This document shows, piece by piece, positions 18,223-27,468 of a DNA stretch of 64,000 bases; the first letter of the stretch is position 1; each line of letters starts with the position of its first letter. A program made the position numbers and the translations under genes. The stretch is from Candidatus Latescibacterota bacterium. Lineage in GTDB: Bacteria; Latescibacterota; UBA2968; GCA-2709665. The notes under the pieces were generated by a model. That model was not told the DNA's origin. It was given only the letters and a program-made list of their open reading frames with translations, and searched no databases. The DNA is taken from contig OZ241917.1 of the NCBI GenBank assembly GCA_965203805.1, positions 2,805,718-2,869,717 on the forward strand. Direction: 5' to 3'.

Positions 18223-20052
18223 TCAGAAGAAACGCTTCAGTTTGTCCATAAAACTTAACTTTGGCGGACGGTCATCCCTGCGTTTAAGTGCATCAGCCAT
18301 ATCGCTAAGTGTGCCCTCCATAGCCTTTACAGACGCCACAATCTGTTTTTGCTCGCCGACGACTTTGGGAAGATTACTCAGCGTTTGAATGACACCTTTC
18401 AAATTTCCAACAAGTGTCTGATCCAGACGCTCAATGGCACTTTCCACGTCCGAAAGGCCCGTGCGTAGCGTGCCCACCTTTTCATCCAAGTCGGTGTTGT
18501 CTCTATCGCTAAATTCCTGCTGAAGCTTCAGCAGAGCTTGTTCTGTGGCGTGAATGGCGTCCAGTTGCGCCTTGATGTTGTCAAAAACGGGTTTGTACGT
18601 TGGCTCATCGGGGTTGAGTTTTTGAATCAACTGATATGTTTCCTCCATTGTCAAGCCCAAGGTATTCATTCTTGCATAAAAGCCATCCATCATTTTATCG
18701 ACTGCGGATTTCAACTCTTCCAACGGCTCACTGAGCCTGGTAAAATTAGAAATGTGTTTCACAAAATTCTCGCCCGACTTACGTATATCATCGGCTCCAG
18801 AGTTGAGCGCATCGCAAGCAGTGTTGAGGGTGTCCAAAAGCGGTTTGAGCGCGACTTTGAGATGGTCTGAATGATCTTTGAGTGTCTTTATGAGAAGGTC
18901 CGCTTGCTCTGCCATCAATGCCGAATGTCGATACGAGAAATCCTCAAGTGTGCTGCTCCATTTCTCACTCACTTGCTCGTTGGAGGCACTCGCTTTTTTT
19001 AGCGTATCACTGGCGTCGTTAAGCGTTTTCAAAAAAGGGACAAAGGATGTCGAGACCTTTTCAAAATGCGCTTCGAGTGCTCTTTCTATAGAGTCTGCCT
19101 GACTTGCCATCAATGCGGAATGTCGATGCGAGAAATCCTCAAGTGTGCTGCTCCATTTCTCACTCACTTGCTCGTTGGAGGCACTCGCCTTGTTGAGCAT
19201 GTCACTGGTGTTGTTGAGAGTTTGCAGAAAAGGCCCAAATGAAGCCGATACCTTCTCAAAATGTGCTTCAAGTGTGGTTTTGAGATAGTCTGTCTGATCC
19301 GTCATAAATTCCGAATGTCTATCTGCAAGACCTTTAAAAGCTTCTTGAACCGCCTCTTTCAGATCCACCTCAGGCAAAAACAATCTGAATTTGGGGGCGA
19401 TTTCTTCATTGCAATAGGTTTCTATCTCGGCAATCAATACAAGCCTTTTCTTGCTGAGAATTAGGAAACAGATAGTCAATACAATCATGCAACCTAACCC
19501 AGCGATGCTGGTTATAAAGGCAAACTCCATCCCAGAGAACGACTTGACGATATTTTTTAGCATATCCGGCAGGCTTTGTGTTGCATTGTCTCCGGTATTT
19601 TGGATAATGCTTTCAATCGGTCGGATGACTTGGTAAAGCCCGATAAATGTCCCGAGAAGACCCAATACGATCAAACTCACGCTCGTTGTGCGAATCGCTT
19701 CGTCATTTCCGCAAAGATCTTCCTCTTCTCTCTGTACCATTTCATCAACGACTGGTGGTTTATTTTGCCGAAACCCCGCCCAGAGCAACTTCAGCCATTG
19801 TTGTGTTTTCGGATTCGAAGTAGAATCCGAGGGTGCATTTGCTGCTCTGCTGGCAATAAATCCTTGATGATTTTTTTCCCAACTTTCCAAGTCTGCAAGT
19901 GCATTTCTCGATCTGGTTATCTTGCGCCACATTTTTGCTAAAAACCAAAGGCCCAAGCAAAAAAATATGCCCATAACGAGCAACCAAATTACCAAAAAAT
20001 TCGATGGATTCGACCCAAAAAATAAATCTGACATATTGGTAAATTTCCTCAT
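18223..20052 (-). CDS. MotA/TolQ/ExbB-family proton-channel protein with a helical C-terminal tail of about 400 aa (ZorA-like)
   Basis: Three TM segments. Family hallmark motifs are VLGLLGTFIGL (compare GLLGTVxG) and AFITSIAGLGCMIV (compare AxxTTxxGL). The long helical tail has about 65-aa repeats. ATGA start/stop overlap with the upstream gene. Confidence 0.8.
   Translation of the reverse strand: MRKFTNMSDLFFGSNPSNFLVIWLLVMGIFFCLGLWFLAKMWRKITRSRNALADLESWEKNHQGFIASRAANAPSDSTSNPKTQQWLKLLWAGFRQNKPPVVDEMVQREEEDLCGNDEAIRTTSVSLIVLGLLGTFIGLYQVIRPIESIIQNTGDNATQSLPDMLKNIVKSFSGMEFAFITSIAGLGCMIVLTICFLILSKKRLVLIAEIETYCNEEIAPKFRLFLPEVDLKEAVQEAFKGLADRHSEFMTDQTDYLKTTLEAHFEKVSASFGPFLQTLNNTSDMLNKASASNEQVSEKWSSTLEDFSHRHSALMASQADSIERALEAHFEKVSTSFVPFLKTLNDASDTLKKASASNEQVSEKWSSTLEDFSYRHSALMAEQADLLIKTLKDHSDHLKVALKPLLDTLNTACDALNSGADDIRKSGENFVKHISNFTRLSEPLEELKSAVDKMMDGFYARMNTLGLTMEETYQLIQKLNPDEPTYKPVFDNIKAQLDAIHATEQALLKLQQEFSDRDNTDLDEKVGTLRTGLSDVESAIERLDQTLVGNLKGVIQTLSNLPKVVGEQKQIVASVKAMEGTLSDMADALKRRDDRPPKLSFMDKLKRFF
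18700..19330 (-). repeat. three tandem units of about 195 nt (65 aa) inside the ZorA-like tail
   Basis: An 84-nt core at 18911-18994 recurs at 19106-19189 with only 2 mismatches. The protein units are ..LEAHFEKVS(A/T)SF.PFL(Q/K)TLN..SD.L.KASASNEQVSEKWSSTLEDFS.., and the third unit is degenerate. Confidence 0.85.
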
Positions 20053-20948
20053 CCAGCAATGATCACTTTTGCTTTGAGATCTATCTCATCGGTTTGTGAA
20101 TTCTTAAGCCCATGCGCCAAGCACCTTACAATTCGGTCCCGGGGTTGTGTCCCGCTTGTATCCTGACTGGCAATTTGAAATCGGCGCCTGTCAAAAGAAT
20201 CCCCTGGACGCGCTCCAATTATCTCTACTTCATCCCCTCCCAAATCCATCATCAGATCAAAAACACGCTGCGCGTCCTCCTGTCGATTCTGTGTTACTCG
20301 ACTGTCGATTTCGGGTAAGAAGTATCGAATCATCTGTGCGGGACGGGTACGGCGTAGAAGGCTTTCTATTGAAGACGCATTGAAAACTTCCTCACCTATA
20401 AGAGCACCTTTGAGCCAAAGAACCGGATCATCTGAATCATCTTGCATTTCGCGCAACGTCAACAGATCCTGTATTTGTTTTAATGGCTTCTCAACCTCCC
20501 GATCAACATATACAGCGAAAGATGCACGGTCATCCTGCGACATCGCGCTCTTTATTTCCTCTAAAGCCGACCGAAACTGCCTCAAATACGTTACACGGTC
20601 TTTCAATTCGCGCCAATTTTCTTCATCCAAATCATCTGAAAAGCTACCTACACTTTCTCTTATTCTTCTCTTCAACAATTTTATCCATTCAATATCTTCT
20701 TTATTCTGACCATTTTCCAAATCTTTGATGTTTTCTACTTCTGTACGGAGATTTGAAACGTGGGTCGCATAAACCTGTACCCGGTCCGACACTATAGCCT
20801 TCACGTCTTCACTTGCTTCTGATCGGGATTTTAAAACCTGCTTTCTTAACCATATAACAGACAAGAGTGCTATTAGAGAAATAATGAATGAAATGACATT
20901 CAACAATGAATCAAATTCCTTAAACATCAAGCTACCTCCAAGAAGCAT
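20049..20948 (-). CDS. membrane-anchored coiled-coil protein with a GrpE-like C-terminal domain (putative nucleotide-exchange factor for the adjacent Hsp70)
   Basis: N-terminal TM segment (LLNVISFIISLIALLSVIWL) and a long charged helical region. The C-terminus EVEIIGARPGDSFDRRRFQIASQD...IVRCLAHGLKN...LKAKVIIAG follows the GrpE pattern G..FDP..H.A....V...GY....lRpA.V.V. TAATG stop/start overlap with the Hsp70 gene (20946-20950). The longer ORF reaches 20990. Confidence 0.55.
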   Translation of the reverse strand: MLLGGSLMFKEFDSLLNVISFIISLIALLSVIWLRKQVLKSRSEASEDVKAIVSDRVQVYATHVSNLRTEVENIKDLENGQNKEDIEWIKLLKRRIRESVGSFSDDLDEENWRELKDRVTYLRQFRSALEEIKSAMSQDDRASFAVYVDREVEKPLKQIQDLLTLREMQDDSDDPVLWLKGALIGEEVFNASSIESLLRRTRPAQMIRYFLPEIDSRVTQNRQEDAQRVFDLMMDLGGDEVEIIGARPGDSFDRRRFQIASQDTSGTQPRDRIVRCLAHGLKNSQTDEIDLKAKVIIAG

Positions 20949-23900
20949 TATGTGTAGGAAAAGTTCATACACCTTCGATGTGCTTCCCATACGTATTCAA
21001 AATCACTGCCATCTTTTTCATTGCCAACCCGATAGTTATACAAAAGGTCCGCTTTCCCCGCTACATCACATTTCAGTTCCAGGCAGTAAGTCCAGAATTG
21101 TGCGTTTTGAAATACATCATCGTCTTTTGGCACAGTTAGATTGGCAACGACCCTATTTTCAGCCTGGGTTACTCTTGTGTTTAAGTCCCACCCAAAAAAC
21201 TCAACAAGCGCGATTCGGCTACTTGCCCTTTCTATTTCTATGATGAGGCCTGGGTTTTCCGGAGTGATGGTCGTATCTGGCTCCAACGGCGTCCAGCGAT
21301 CAAAAACGAGTACAAAATGGGTAAATGCACGCATGCAGATGGGATAATTTAATTTTCGTATCCCTTTTGGAGGCGAATAATAGAGATCGCTCAAACTCCT
21401 ACCATACTCAACAGCACCCAAAGCCACGCTTTTTTTCAGTTTTTCTGGTTCGAAAATGATCTCTTTCGCCTGTACTCTTTCTTTCGCAACCGTTTTTACG
21501 AGCGGGAGACGAGAGGTGTTTCCTTCCAAGATCAGATAATCTAACTGAGTATCGGCGATCTGATTCTTGTTGAACAGATAGTGCTGCATCTGATTGAGCT
21601 TATCAAAGCCTTTTTTCAGCTCCTCGCGGACAGAATTATAGATGTCGTTAATAGCTAAAGGTGCCATATCTGGAAGTAAGTTGTCATTCAAAAAACGCAG
21701 CGTGCCTTCTATACTCAGAGTGGCATTCTCAGGACTTTTACTCTTGAGAGAAACGCGTGGCCAATTATCGGGGATATTGGAGGATTCGATCAGATCTAAA
21801 ATGCCGTTCTCTCCACCATGAAGATGTTCAGCATAATCTTCGGGTTCCAGAGCCTCTCTAAGAAAAGACGTTATTCTATTGTTCTCCTTTATTGTTTCTG
21901 CTAATCCATAGAGTTGGGAGAAATTCTCCTCTTCGATTTTTTCCAGTGGTCTCAGTGCCTTATCCAATGTATCGGGAAAAGGGAATTGGGTTCTGTAAAC
22001 CTCAGGGACCATTTGAAAATACAGATATTGCGCGATTTTGAAAGACAGCAAGTCGCCACCCAGCGAAACATCTCCGTCAGAGGCGAGAATTTCAATGTCG
22101 GGTCGTCCATATTCTTGAGGGGTTAATCGTACAATTGAGATGTCCGTGGTCCCTCCTCCACAATCGAAGACGCCATAAACAATATCTCGACCAAGGTCCT
22201 GCTTGATAGCGATATCCAGTGCATAAGCAAGGGCGATGGCCTCCGGTTCACTAATCTCAAGAATAGGTTTGAGATTCATTCCCTGTGTCGCCCACGCAAT
22301 GGCTTTTCTCATTGACTCCTTTTGGCGATTAAAAACTGCGGGATAAGTAAAAACGGCTTCTGAGGGCACATAACCCGTATTTTCTTGGAAACTCTCCAAT
22401 AAGAAACGGATGTAAAGCCCTACCTTTTCAATCGCACCAACTTCAATATATCTATTGCCCTGGGTATAAATTCTTCCATTTAAGCTGAGGCTCCCTGTAC
22501 CCAAATCATTATAAATAATCTGTTCGTGGGGCGTTCTCAAGGTGCGCTTAAAACCCCAAGAAATTGATGAGATATGTTCAGAATGAAACCGCAGGTCTTT
22601 AAGTGTATGACCAAATTTGACAAGGGCTTCTTTTTCCTTCAAAACAGTCCGCCTTACGTCAGCCCCCGGCTCTTGTAAAACTTCCAAAAGATCATCGGGG
22701 TTTTTAATCGCCAAAAACTGAAACACAGTGGGTATTTCCGAGCCCATTTCCGAGACATCTTCGCCAAGGTCTATTTCCAGTAGTTCCTCTTTGTCTTGGG
22801 CGTCCTGATCTATATATGCGATACACGAGTTCGTGGTACCGAAATCTACTGCAATAGGAGAATCCAGAAGCTGAGGAGGTCGGATTTGAACGGGAAGAGA
22901 GATGGATTGATGGAACGTTTCGCCTTCGCCAACGGTAGCTCCGTGAATGACCAGAGTTGCCTTATCAGTGGTGTTCTCCTCAACTGTCGGAAGTGTGTCT
23001 TGATTGAGAATCAGGTCAATTGGAGAACTCGAATTATCTATAAGAATTGGCTCCTGATCTGTAATTTGAATTCTTGTATTGAGCCAAGGCTGATTTGATT
23101 CAACCCGAGTAATTCGAAGTGGTGGACCACTTAAGTGCTTTACCGTTACGGTAAAGCTCATCTTTTTGTTTCCTCCAGATACAAGTGCCTGCTCGTTGAC
23201 AAATTGACGGCTGAACTTCCACTCAATCTTTGGCTTATTAACATAGCGCAACAACAACCTGAATGTTATCTCGCCCAAACTGTCAAAAGGGAAATTTAAA
23301 ATAGCAGGGCAAGTCTCTTCAAAGTCCCGTCGCCGAGTGAGACTAAATCTAAATGGATGCTCAGGAGAAAGTTTATCGGGAAATTCCTGGTCCGGCGGTA
23401 AGTCAAAATGACCTTTGCCTTCAGACAGGAAAGGCGCGGCCTGAAGCCTCAGCGGAGAATCGTGATGAACCGTAAGGGTGACCCGTCCGTCGTCAGGGTC
23501 TATTGCGCAGGGCTGATATTCGACTGTGTCGTGTTTAAACTCGTGCTCATCTGGTGAAACAAGCCAAATCTCCGGTGCTTTCTCGCATCGAACAAAAAAA
23601 ACAACAGGTTTAATTGACGAAAGTGATGAAAGCAATTCTAATCGCCCGATATTGCGCTCATGTGCATTATGCGAACAACGGAGTTCTACACTTTCATCGG
23701 TATCAAGTCTATACGGTAGATCAATATCTCCGTGCCGTTGGGTGATTCCGAAGCCCTGAGCCTTTAATTCACGAATTTCTATGGGATTGACGCCTTCGTT
23801 TTTAACCTTTAGCGTGATGGGTATACCAGAAAAAATCGTCCAGGGAGCACCCCTAAGGTCTTCGTCCGGATCTGGAGTGACTGTTATTCTAACTAACTGA

Positions 23901-23998
23901 TATGCACACCCCCCGCAGAAGATATCTTTGGGTGAAATTTGCCAGTGGCATCTGGGGCATACCGGTGTGTTGCCTATTGAGTTCATTTTGAAACGCAT
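20948..23998 (-). CDS. Zn-ribbon + beta-sandwich region + Hsp70/actin-fold ATPase fusion protein
   Basis: CPRCHWQISPKDIFCGGCAYQL at residues 14-35. About 350 aa of beta-rich sequence follow. Hsp70 motifs then appear: IAVDFGTTNSCIAY (phosphate-1, about aa 382), VFDCGGGTTDISIV (phosphate-2) and LILEGNTSRLPLV (adenosine). Confidence 0.85.
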   Translation of the reverse strand: MRFKMNSIGNTPVCPRCHWQISPKDIFCGGCAYQLVRITVTPDPDEDLRGAPWTIFSGIPITLKVKNEGVNPIEIRELKAQGFGITQRHGDIDLPYRLDTDESVELRCSHNAHERNIGRLELLSSLSSIKPVVFFVRCEKAPEIWLVSPDEHEFKHDTVEYQPCAIDPDDGRVTLTVHHDSPLRLQAAPFLSEGKGHFDLPPDQEFPDKLSPEHPFRFSLTRRRDFEETCPAILNFPFDSLGEITFRLLLRYVNKPKIEWKFSRQFVNEQALVSGGNKKMSFTVTVKHLSGPPLRITRVESNQPWLNTRIQITDQEPILIDNSSSPIDLILNQDTLPTVEENTTDKATLVIHGATVGEGETFHQSISLPVQIRPPQLLDSPIAVDFGTTNSCIAYIDQDAQDKEELLEIDLGEDVSEMGSEIPTVFQFLAIKNPDDLLEVLQEPGADVRRTVLKEKEALVKFGHTLKDLRFHSEHISSISWGFKRTLRTPHEQIIYNDLGTGSLSLNGRIYTQGNRYIEVGAIEKVGLYIRFLLESFQENTGYVPSEAVFTYPAVFNRQKESMRKAIAWATQGMNLKPILEISEPEAIALAYALDIAIKQDLGRDIVYGVFDCGGGTTDISIVRLTPQEYGRPDIEILASDGDVSLGGDLLSFKIAQYLYFQMVPEVYRTQFPFPDTLDKALRPLEKIEEENFSQLYGLAETIKENNRITSFLREALEPEDYAEHLHGGENGILDLIESSNIPDNWPRVSLKSKSPENATLSIEGTLRFLNDNLLPDMAPLAINDIYNSVREELKKGFDKLNQMQHYLFNKNQIADTQLDYLILEGNTSRLPLVKTVAKERVQAKEIIFEPEKLKKSVALGAVEYGRSLSDLYYSPPKGIRKLNYPICMRAFTHFVLVFDRWTPLEPDTTITPENPGLIIEIERASSRIALVEFFGWDLNTRVTQAENRVVANLTVPKDDDVFQNAQFWTYCLELKCDVAGKADLLYNYRVGNEKDGSDFEYVWEAHRRCMNFSYT

Positions 23999-24008
23999 CC
24001 CAAAAAAA

Positions 24009-27000
24009 TCACTTCATCACATAGATATCGTCTTTGCAGAACTTATCGCGATACGCCAATGGAGTAGCAAATGTATCGATTCCATCCCTCATTTTTTCCA
24101 ATTTTTCATTTAAGGCAGTTTCGTCCAAATTGAACTGCCTGAGCGTCTGATCGTAATCGCTCTGATATGACCTGTCCAGCAAAATTCGAAAGGTATGATC
24201 TGCGGAGATATCCTCGTTCCCCACGCGAATCTGAGTACTTGGAAATACCTTGTTGAGCAGCCAGCTCTTTAATGCGAGCCGCTGAATAAAACACTCGTGG
24301 CGATTTTCTCTACGCCACTGCTCTTCCAATGTGCGGGTCGCAATATCTAGACGGTCTTTTGCGTCTGATTTGCTACCTATGATTAACCGTGCGCGCTCGA
24401 GATTGTGACCGTATCTATCTAAATGCTCAATACCTCTTAGCTTAAACGGACGGCAGAACTCTCTCTGAATATTATCGTATTTGATAATGCTCATAATTAT
24501 CCCATTGATCAGGGAACTCTGTGCATTAATCAGTGATCGAACTTCCCCATCATTTTGGGGTGGCAGGATGTCGGCAAATTCCCAATAATCTTTGATCATG
24601 TGACGACGGTACACGTTGATAGGATCTGCTCCGGTATTTGCCCGGTAATCACGATCAAGATCAAAAATATTTCCAATAGATAAAATGGGAAATGCCATCC
24701 ATTGGTTTACAAAAACAACGGCGTCATTTCTGTGTTCTGTTGCTTGATATGATTGTCCTTTGTGCGGAGCAACAAGATGGTTGACTTGATTGACCCAGAC
24801 ATCGTCCTTAACGCCAATGCGATTATCGGAAATATCTGCCAGACCGGGCAATGCCAGACGTGTATCAGAAACACGAGGTTCAGCTCTCTGGCTTCGCTTG
24901 ACAATTTCATCCCGCTCCTGGTCGGCGAAACGATTGCGTAACTCCTCAGTGGCGTGAATATCTGTTTTGAAATCCCCAAAAAGTTGAAATGTGTATTCAT
25001 CAATAGTCCTGAGAACGGCATCCCAATTGCGAGGGGAATGACCTCGCCTGGCAGACCGGTTGAATATCTCTCTGGTGCCTGTGTTTATGGTGTCGATATC
25101 TTCACCCTGTGCCGTAGCAATATTGCCAAACAGGATTTTGGCTTCTTCAGAACGGAAATATTTCTCCAGCCCTCCTCGACATAGACGCGGCAAATCAGTT
25201 TCTGGCCATCTTCTTGCCTGTCGGAGATGGTCTTGAATTTCTTCAGGATAATTTAGATCAAGTGTGAGGTTCAGGTTTCTTTCTCCCGTTACGCGCTGAA
25301 TATATGCCTGATGGATCTCCAAGAAACCTCTGGACATTTCCTGCAGGTTCTCGCGAAAACCTTGAACCTGTGCTTGCAGACCGCTCACTCTTACACTAAC
25401 CTTACCATCATCTCCGGTAACCTCTGCACGACTCCCCAGCAAGCGGATGATTTGTCCCACCAAATCGACGAGAAATCGGGCAGCATCCTTGCGAAAACGC
25501 TTCCGCACCCAATCGGAGAGTTCCCGCTGAGTGGCGTCAACCTGATTTCGAAGGTCTCGATAGATCTTTTGGGCATCCTCGCGAAAAGCCCTGGCTTTTT
25601 CGTCTTCGTAGTGACGCAACGCTATCTTTTTTGTTCGCCAGGCCAGAGGGAGATCTCGCGCTTCTTTCAACCGCTGTTCAAAGAGACGAAAGTCTCCTGA
25701 AAACTCAATATTTATAGGGGATATTTGGGGGCCTTCCATTTGCTCGTTAGCCAGCCTATTCAAATCTCGAAGCACGGATGCCAATGCCTCTTTGCTGTGT
25801 TCCAAGAAGCTTTCGACATAGTTGGGACCGCACTCTAAAGGATTGCAAAGCATCCCGATACAATAATCTTTTACTTTGTCTTCGAGTTCTGGAAGCAATC
25901 GATCTGCATTGTCGAGGATCTGTTTAATATCGTCCCCTTTAATAGTGCCTTCCTCTTTGAGCTTTTCAGATACCTTCTGTCGTATTTCAAGTGTTAGGCC
26001 TTCAACTCTCGACCTGGCTTCTGCCACCTGTCGTTCAAGGATCGCAACATCCTGAGCCTCGGGTGCTTTATCGATGCTTTGCAATAGATCGGTAAAAACC
26101 GGTTTCAGAGTCTCATTTATTGCATGATCCGCCAGCGTAAAGTCTGCACCGGGACGGTTTAAGGCACGGTTGATGAGTCTATCTGTGGTGAGCTCGATCT
26201 GTTCCAAATGGGGTCGTACATCGGCTGTAGAAAACCCAGGAGGAATTTTATTATCCGCCGCGATTATAAAATCCACCAGGTACTGTGCGAATTTATTCGA
26301 TGCAGCATTGGCAAGACGAGGTTGGTTGATCTCCATTTGAGAGAGACCAAATGAGGCATATCGGCATGGGAAGTACTGAACATAGTTGTCGCTCTTATAT
26401 CTCACCATTTGCTGCAAAAATTGCTCCATATTGGAGCGGGCACTGCGCTTGTCCATCGCGAAACGAGTCTGTTCGAAGTCGAGCAACAGAAACTCAGCGA
26501 TCATCTGAAACACATCGGCAAAGTCTGCAATGCGGACCCCGGCAAGATTGCTATCATCAAGCAAATAGACAGTTGAGAATGGGGGTGCTGGAACGCTGTG
26601 TTCACTGCCATCCCACTCGAATTTGTGTCGAGTAAAATGGTCGTCGCCTGTACTCTGTGCATCAAAGTATGGCTGCATGTAGTGTTCGAGTTCTTTGAGG
26701 GCGGCAAAACCATTAGCCCGTGTAGTTTGGCGTGCTCCCCCCACAATCTCATCAAAGACAGAAGGTAGTACCAAATGGGCTGTGCAGACCGCATTTGGAA
26801 AAAGATATCGACACAAAAATCCCATGTCGATGAAAGAGCCTGAACCAGTTCCTCCTGCGACGGATGTGACGATTACGATTTCCAGATCGTTGGAATCGGC
26901 ATCATAGTTGGGAAATCTCCGCACCATTTCTGTCCTTGCCTCTGCGCTTTGAACGCGGTTGACCTTTCTTTCTATTTCTTCTCGAAGTTTATCATAGTGA

Positions 27001-27440
27001 TGAAAAAAGGCTAATCGGCCACAAGGTCGAATCTGCCCAGCTCCTTGTGTGATCGCTGTGGAGGGAAGGGAGTCAAGAGCTTCTGGAAACCACGACCAGA
27101 TATGAGGATACATACCTTTGTTATTGCGATATCCTTCCAATTCTTGAGGCATAACTCTACCATCTACTTTTTCACGGGCAGAAAAGTCTATTCTCCGATC
27201 CAGAAGGTCTGTTTCATTCTCCATAATGTCAATATTTCGAATGTCGGTATCAAACCAGAGGTACTCCATCAGAGGCAAACCAATCATCCTGTATTTTTCG
27301 TAAAACATTCGACGGAGACGCCGCAGAACTTCCTTACCCGTGCCTCCAAGACCAATCAGAACAGTTGGCCTGATGCTGATCCGACCTTCTCCTCGCTGTG
27401 CTCCACCAAGGCGTTCTGCCGTAGCATTTGTTTCCATCAT
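24009..27440 (-). CDS. giant tubulin/FtsZ-superfamily GTPase (Tubulin_2-like) with a helical C-terminal extension of about 900 aa
   Basis: GLGGTGKEV (aa 30-38, T1-like), TQGAGQIRPCG (aa 131-141, T3-like) and the tubulin signature VTSVAGGTGSGSFIDMG (aa 191-207, T4 GGGTGSG-like). Confidence 0.8.
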   Translation of the reverse strand: MMETNATAERLGGAQRGEGRISIRPTVLIGLGGTGKEVLRRLRRMFYEKYRMIGLPLMEYLWFDTDIRNIDIMENETDLLDRRIDFSAREKVDGRVMPQELEGYRNNKGMYPHIWSWFPEALDSLPSTAITQGAGQIRPCGRLAFFHHYDKLREEIERKVNRVQSAEARTEMVRRFPNYDADSNDLEIVIVTSVAGGTGSGSFIDMGFLCRYLFPNAVCTAHLVLPSVFDEIVGGARQTTRANGFAALKELEHYMQPYFDAQSTGDDHFTRHKFEWDGSEHSVPAPPFSTVYLLDDSNLAGVRIADFADVFQMIAEFLLLDFEQTRFAMDKRSARSNMEQFLQQMVRYKSDNYVQYFPCRYASFGLSQMEINQPRLANAASNKFAQYLVDFIIAADNKIPPGFSTADVRPHLEQIELTTDRLINRALNRPGADFTLADHAINETLKPVFTDLLQSIDKAPEAQDVAILERQVAEARSRVEGLTLEIRQKVSEKLKEEGTIKGDDIKQILDNADRLLPELEDKVKDYCIGMLCNPLECGPNYVESFLEHSKEALASVLRDLNRLANEQMEGPQISPINIEFSGDFRLFEQRLKEARDLPLAWRTKKIALRHYEDEKARAFREDAQKIYRDLRNQVDATQRELSDWVRKRFRKDAARFLVDLVGQIIRLLGSRAEVTGDDGKVSVRVSGLQAQVQGFRENLQEMSRGFLEIHQAYIQRVTGERNLNLTLDLNYPEEIQDHLRQARRWPETDLPRLCRGGLEKYFRSEEAKILFGNIATAQGEDIDTINTGTREIFNRSARRGHSPRNWDAVLRTIDEYTFQLFGDFKTDIHATEELRNRFADQERDEIVKRSQRAEPRVSDTRLALPGLADISDNRIGVKDDVWVNQVNHLVAPHKGQSYQATEHRNDAVVFVNQWMAFPILSIGNIFDLDRDYRANTGADPINVYRRHMIKDYWEFADILPPQNDGEVRSLINAQSSLINGIIMSIIKYDNIQREFCRPFKLRGIEHLDRYGHNLERARLIIGSKSDAKDRLDIATRTLEEQWRRENRHECFIQRLALKSWLLNKVFPSTQIRVGNEDISADHTFRILLDRSYQSDYDQTLRQFNLDETALNEKLEKMRDGIDTFATPLAYRDKFCKDDIYVMK

Positions 27441-27468
27441 GGTTCTACTCCCAAGGCAATTGGTTATC

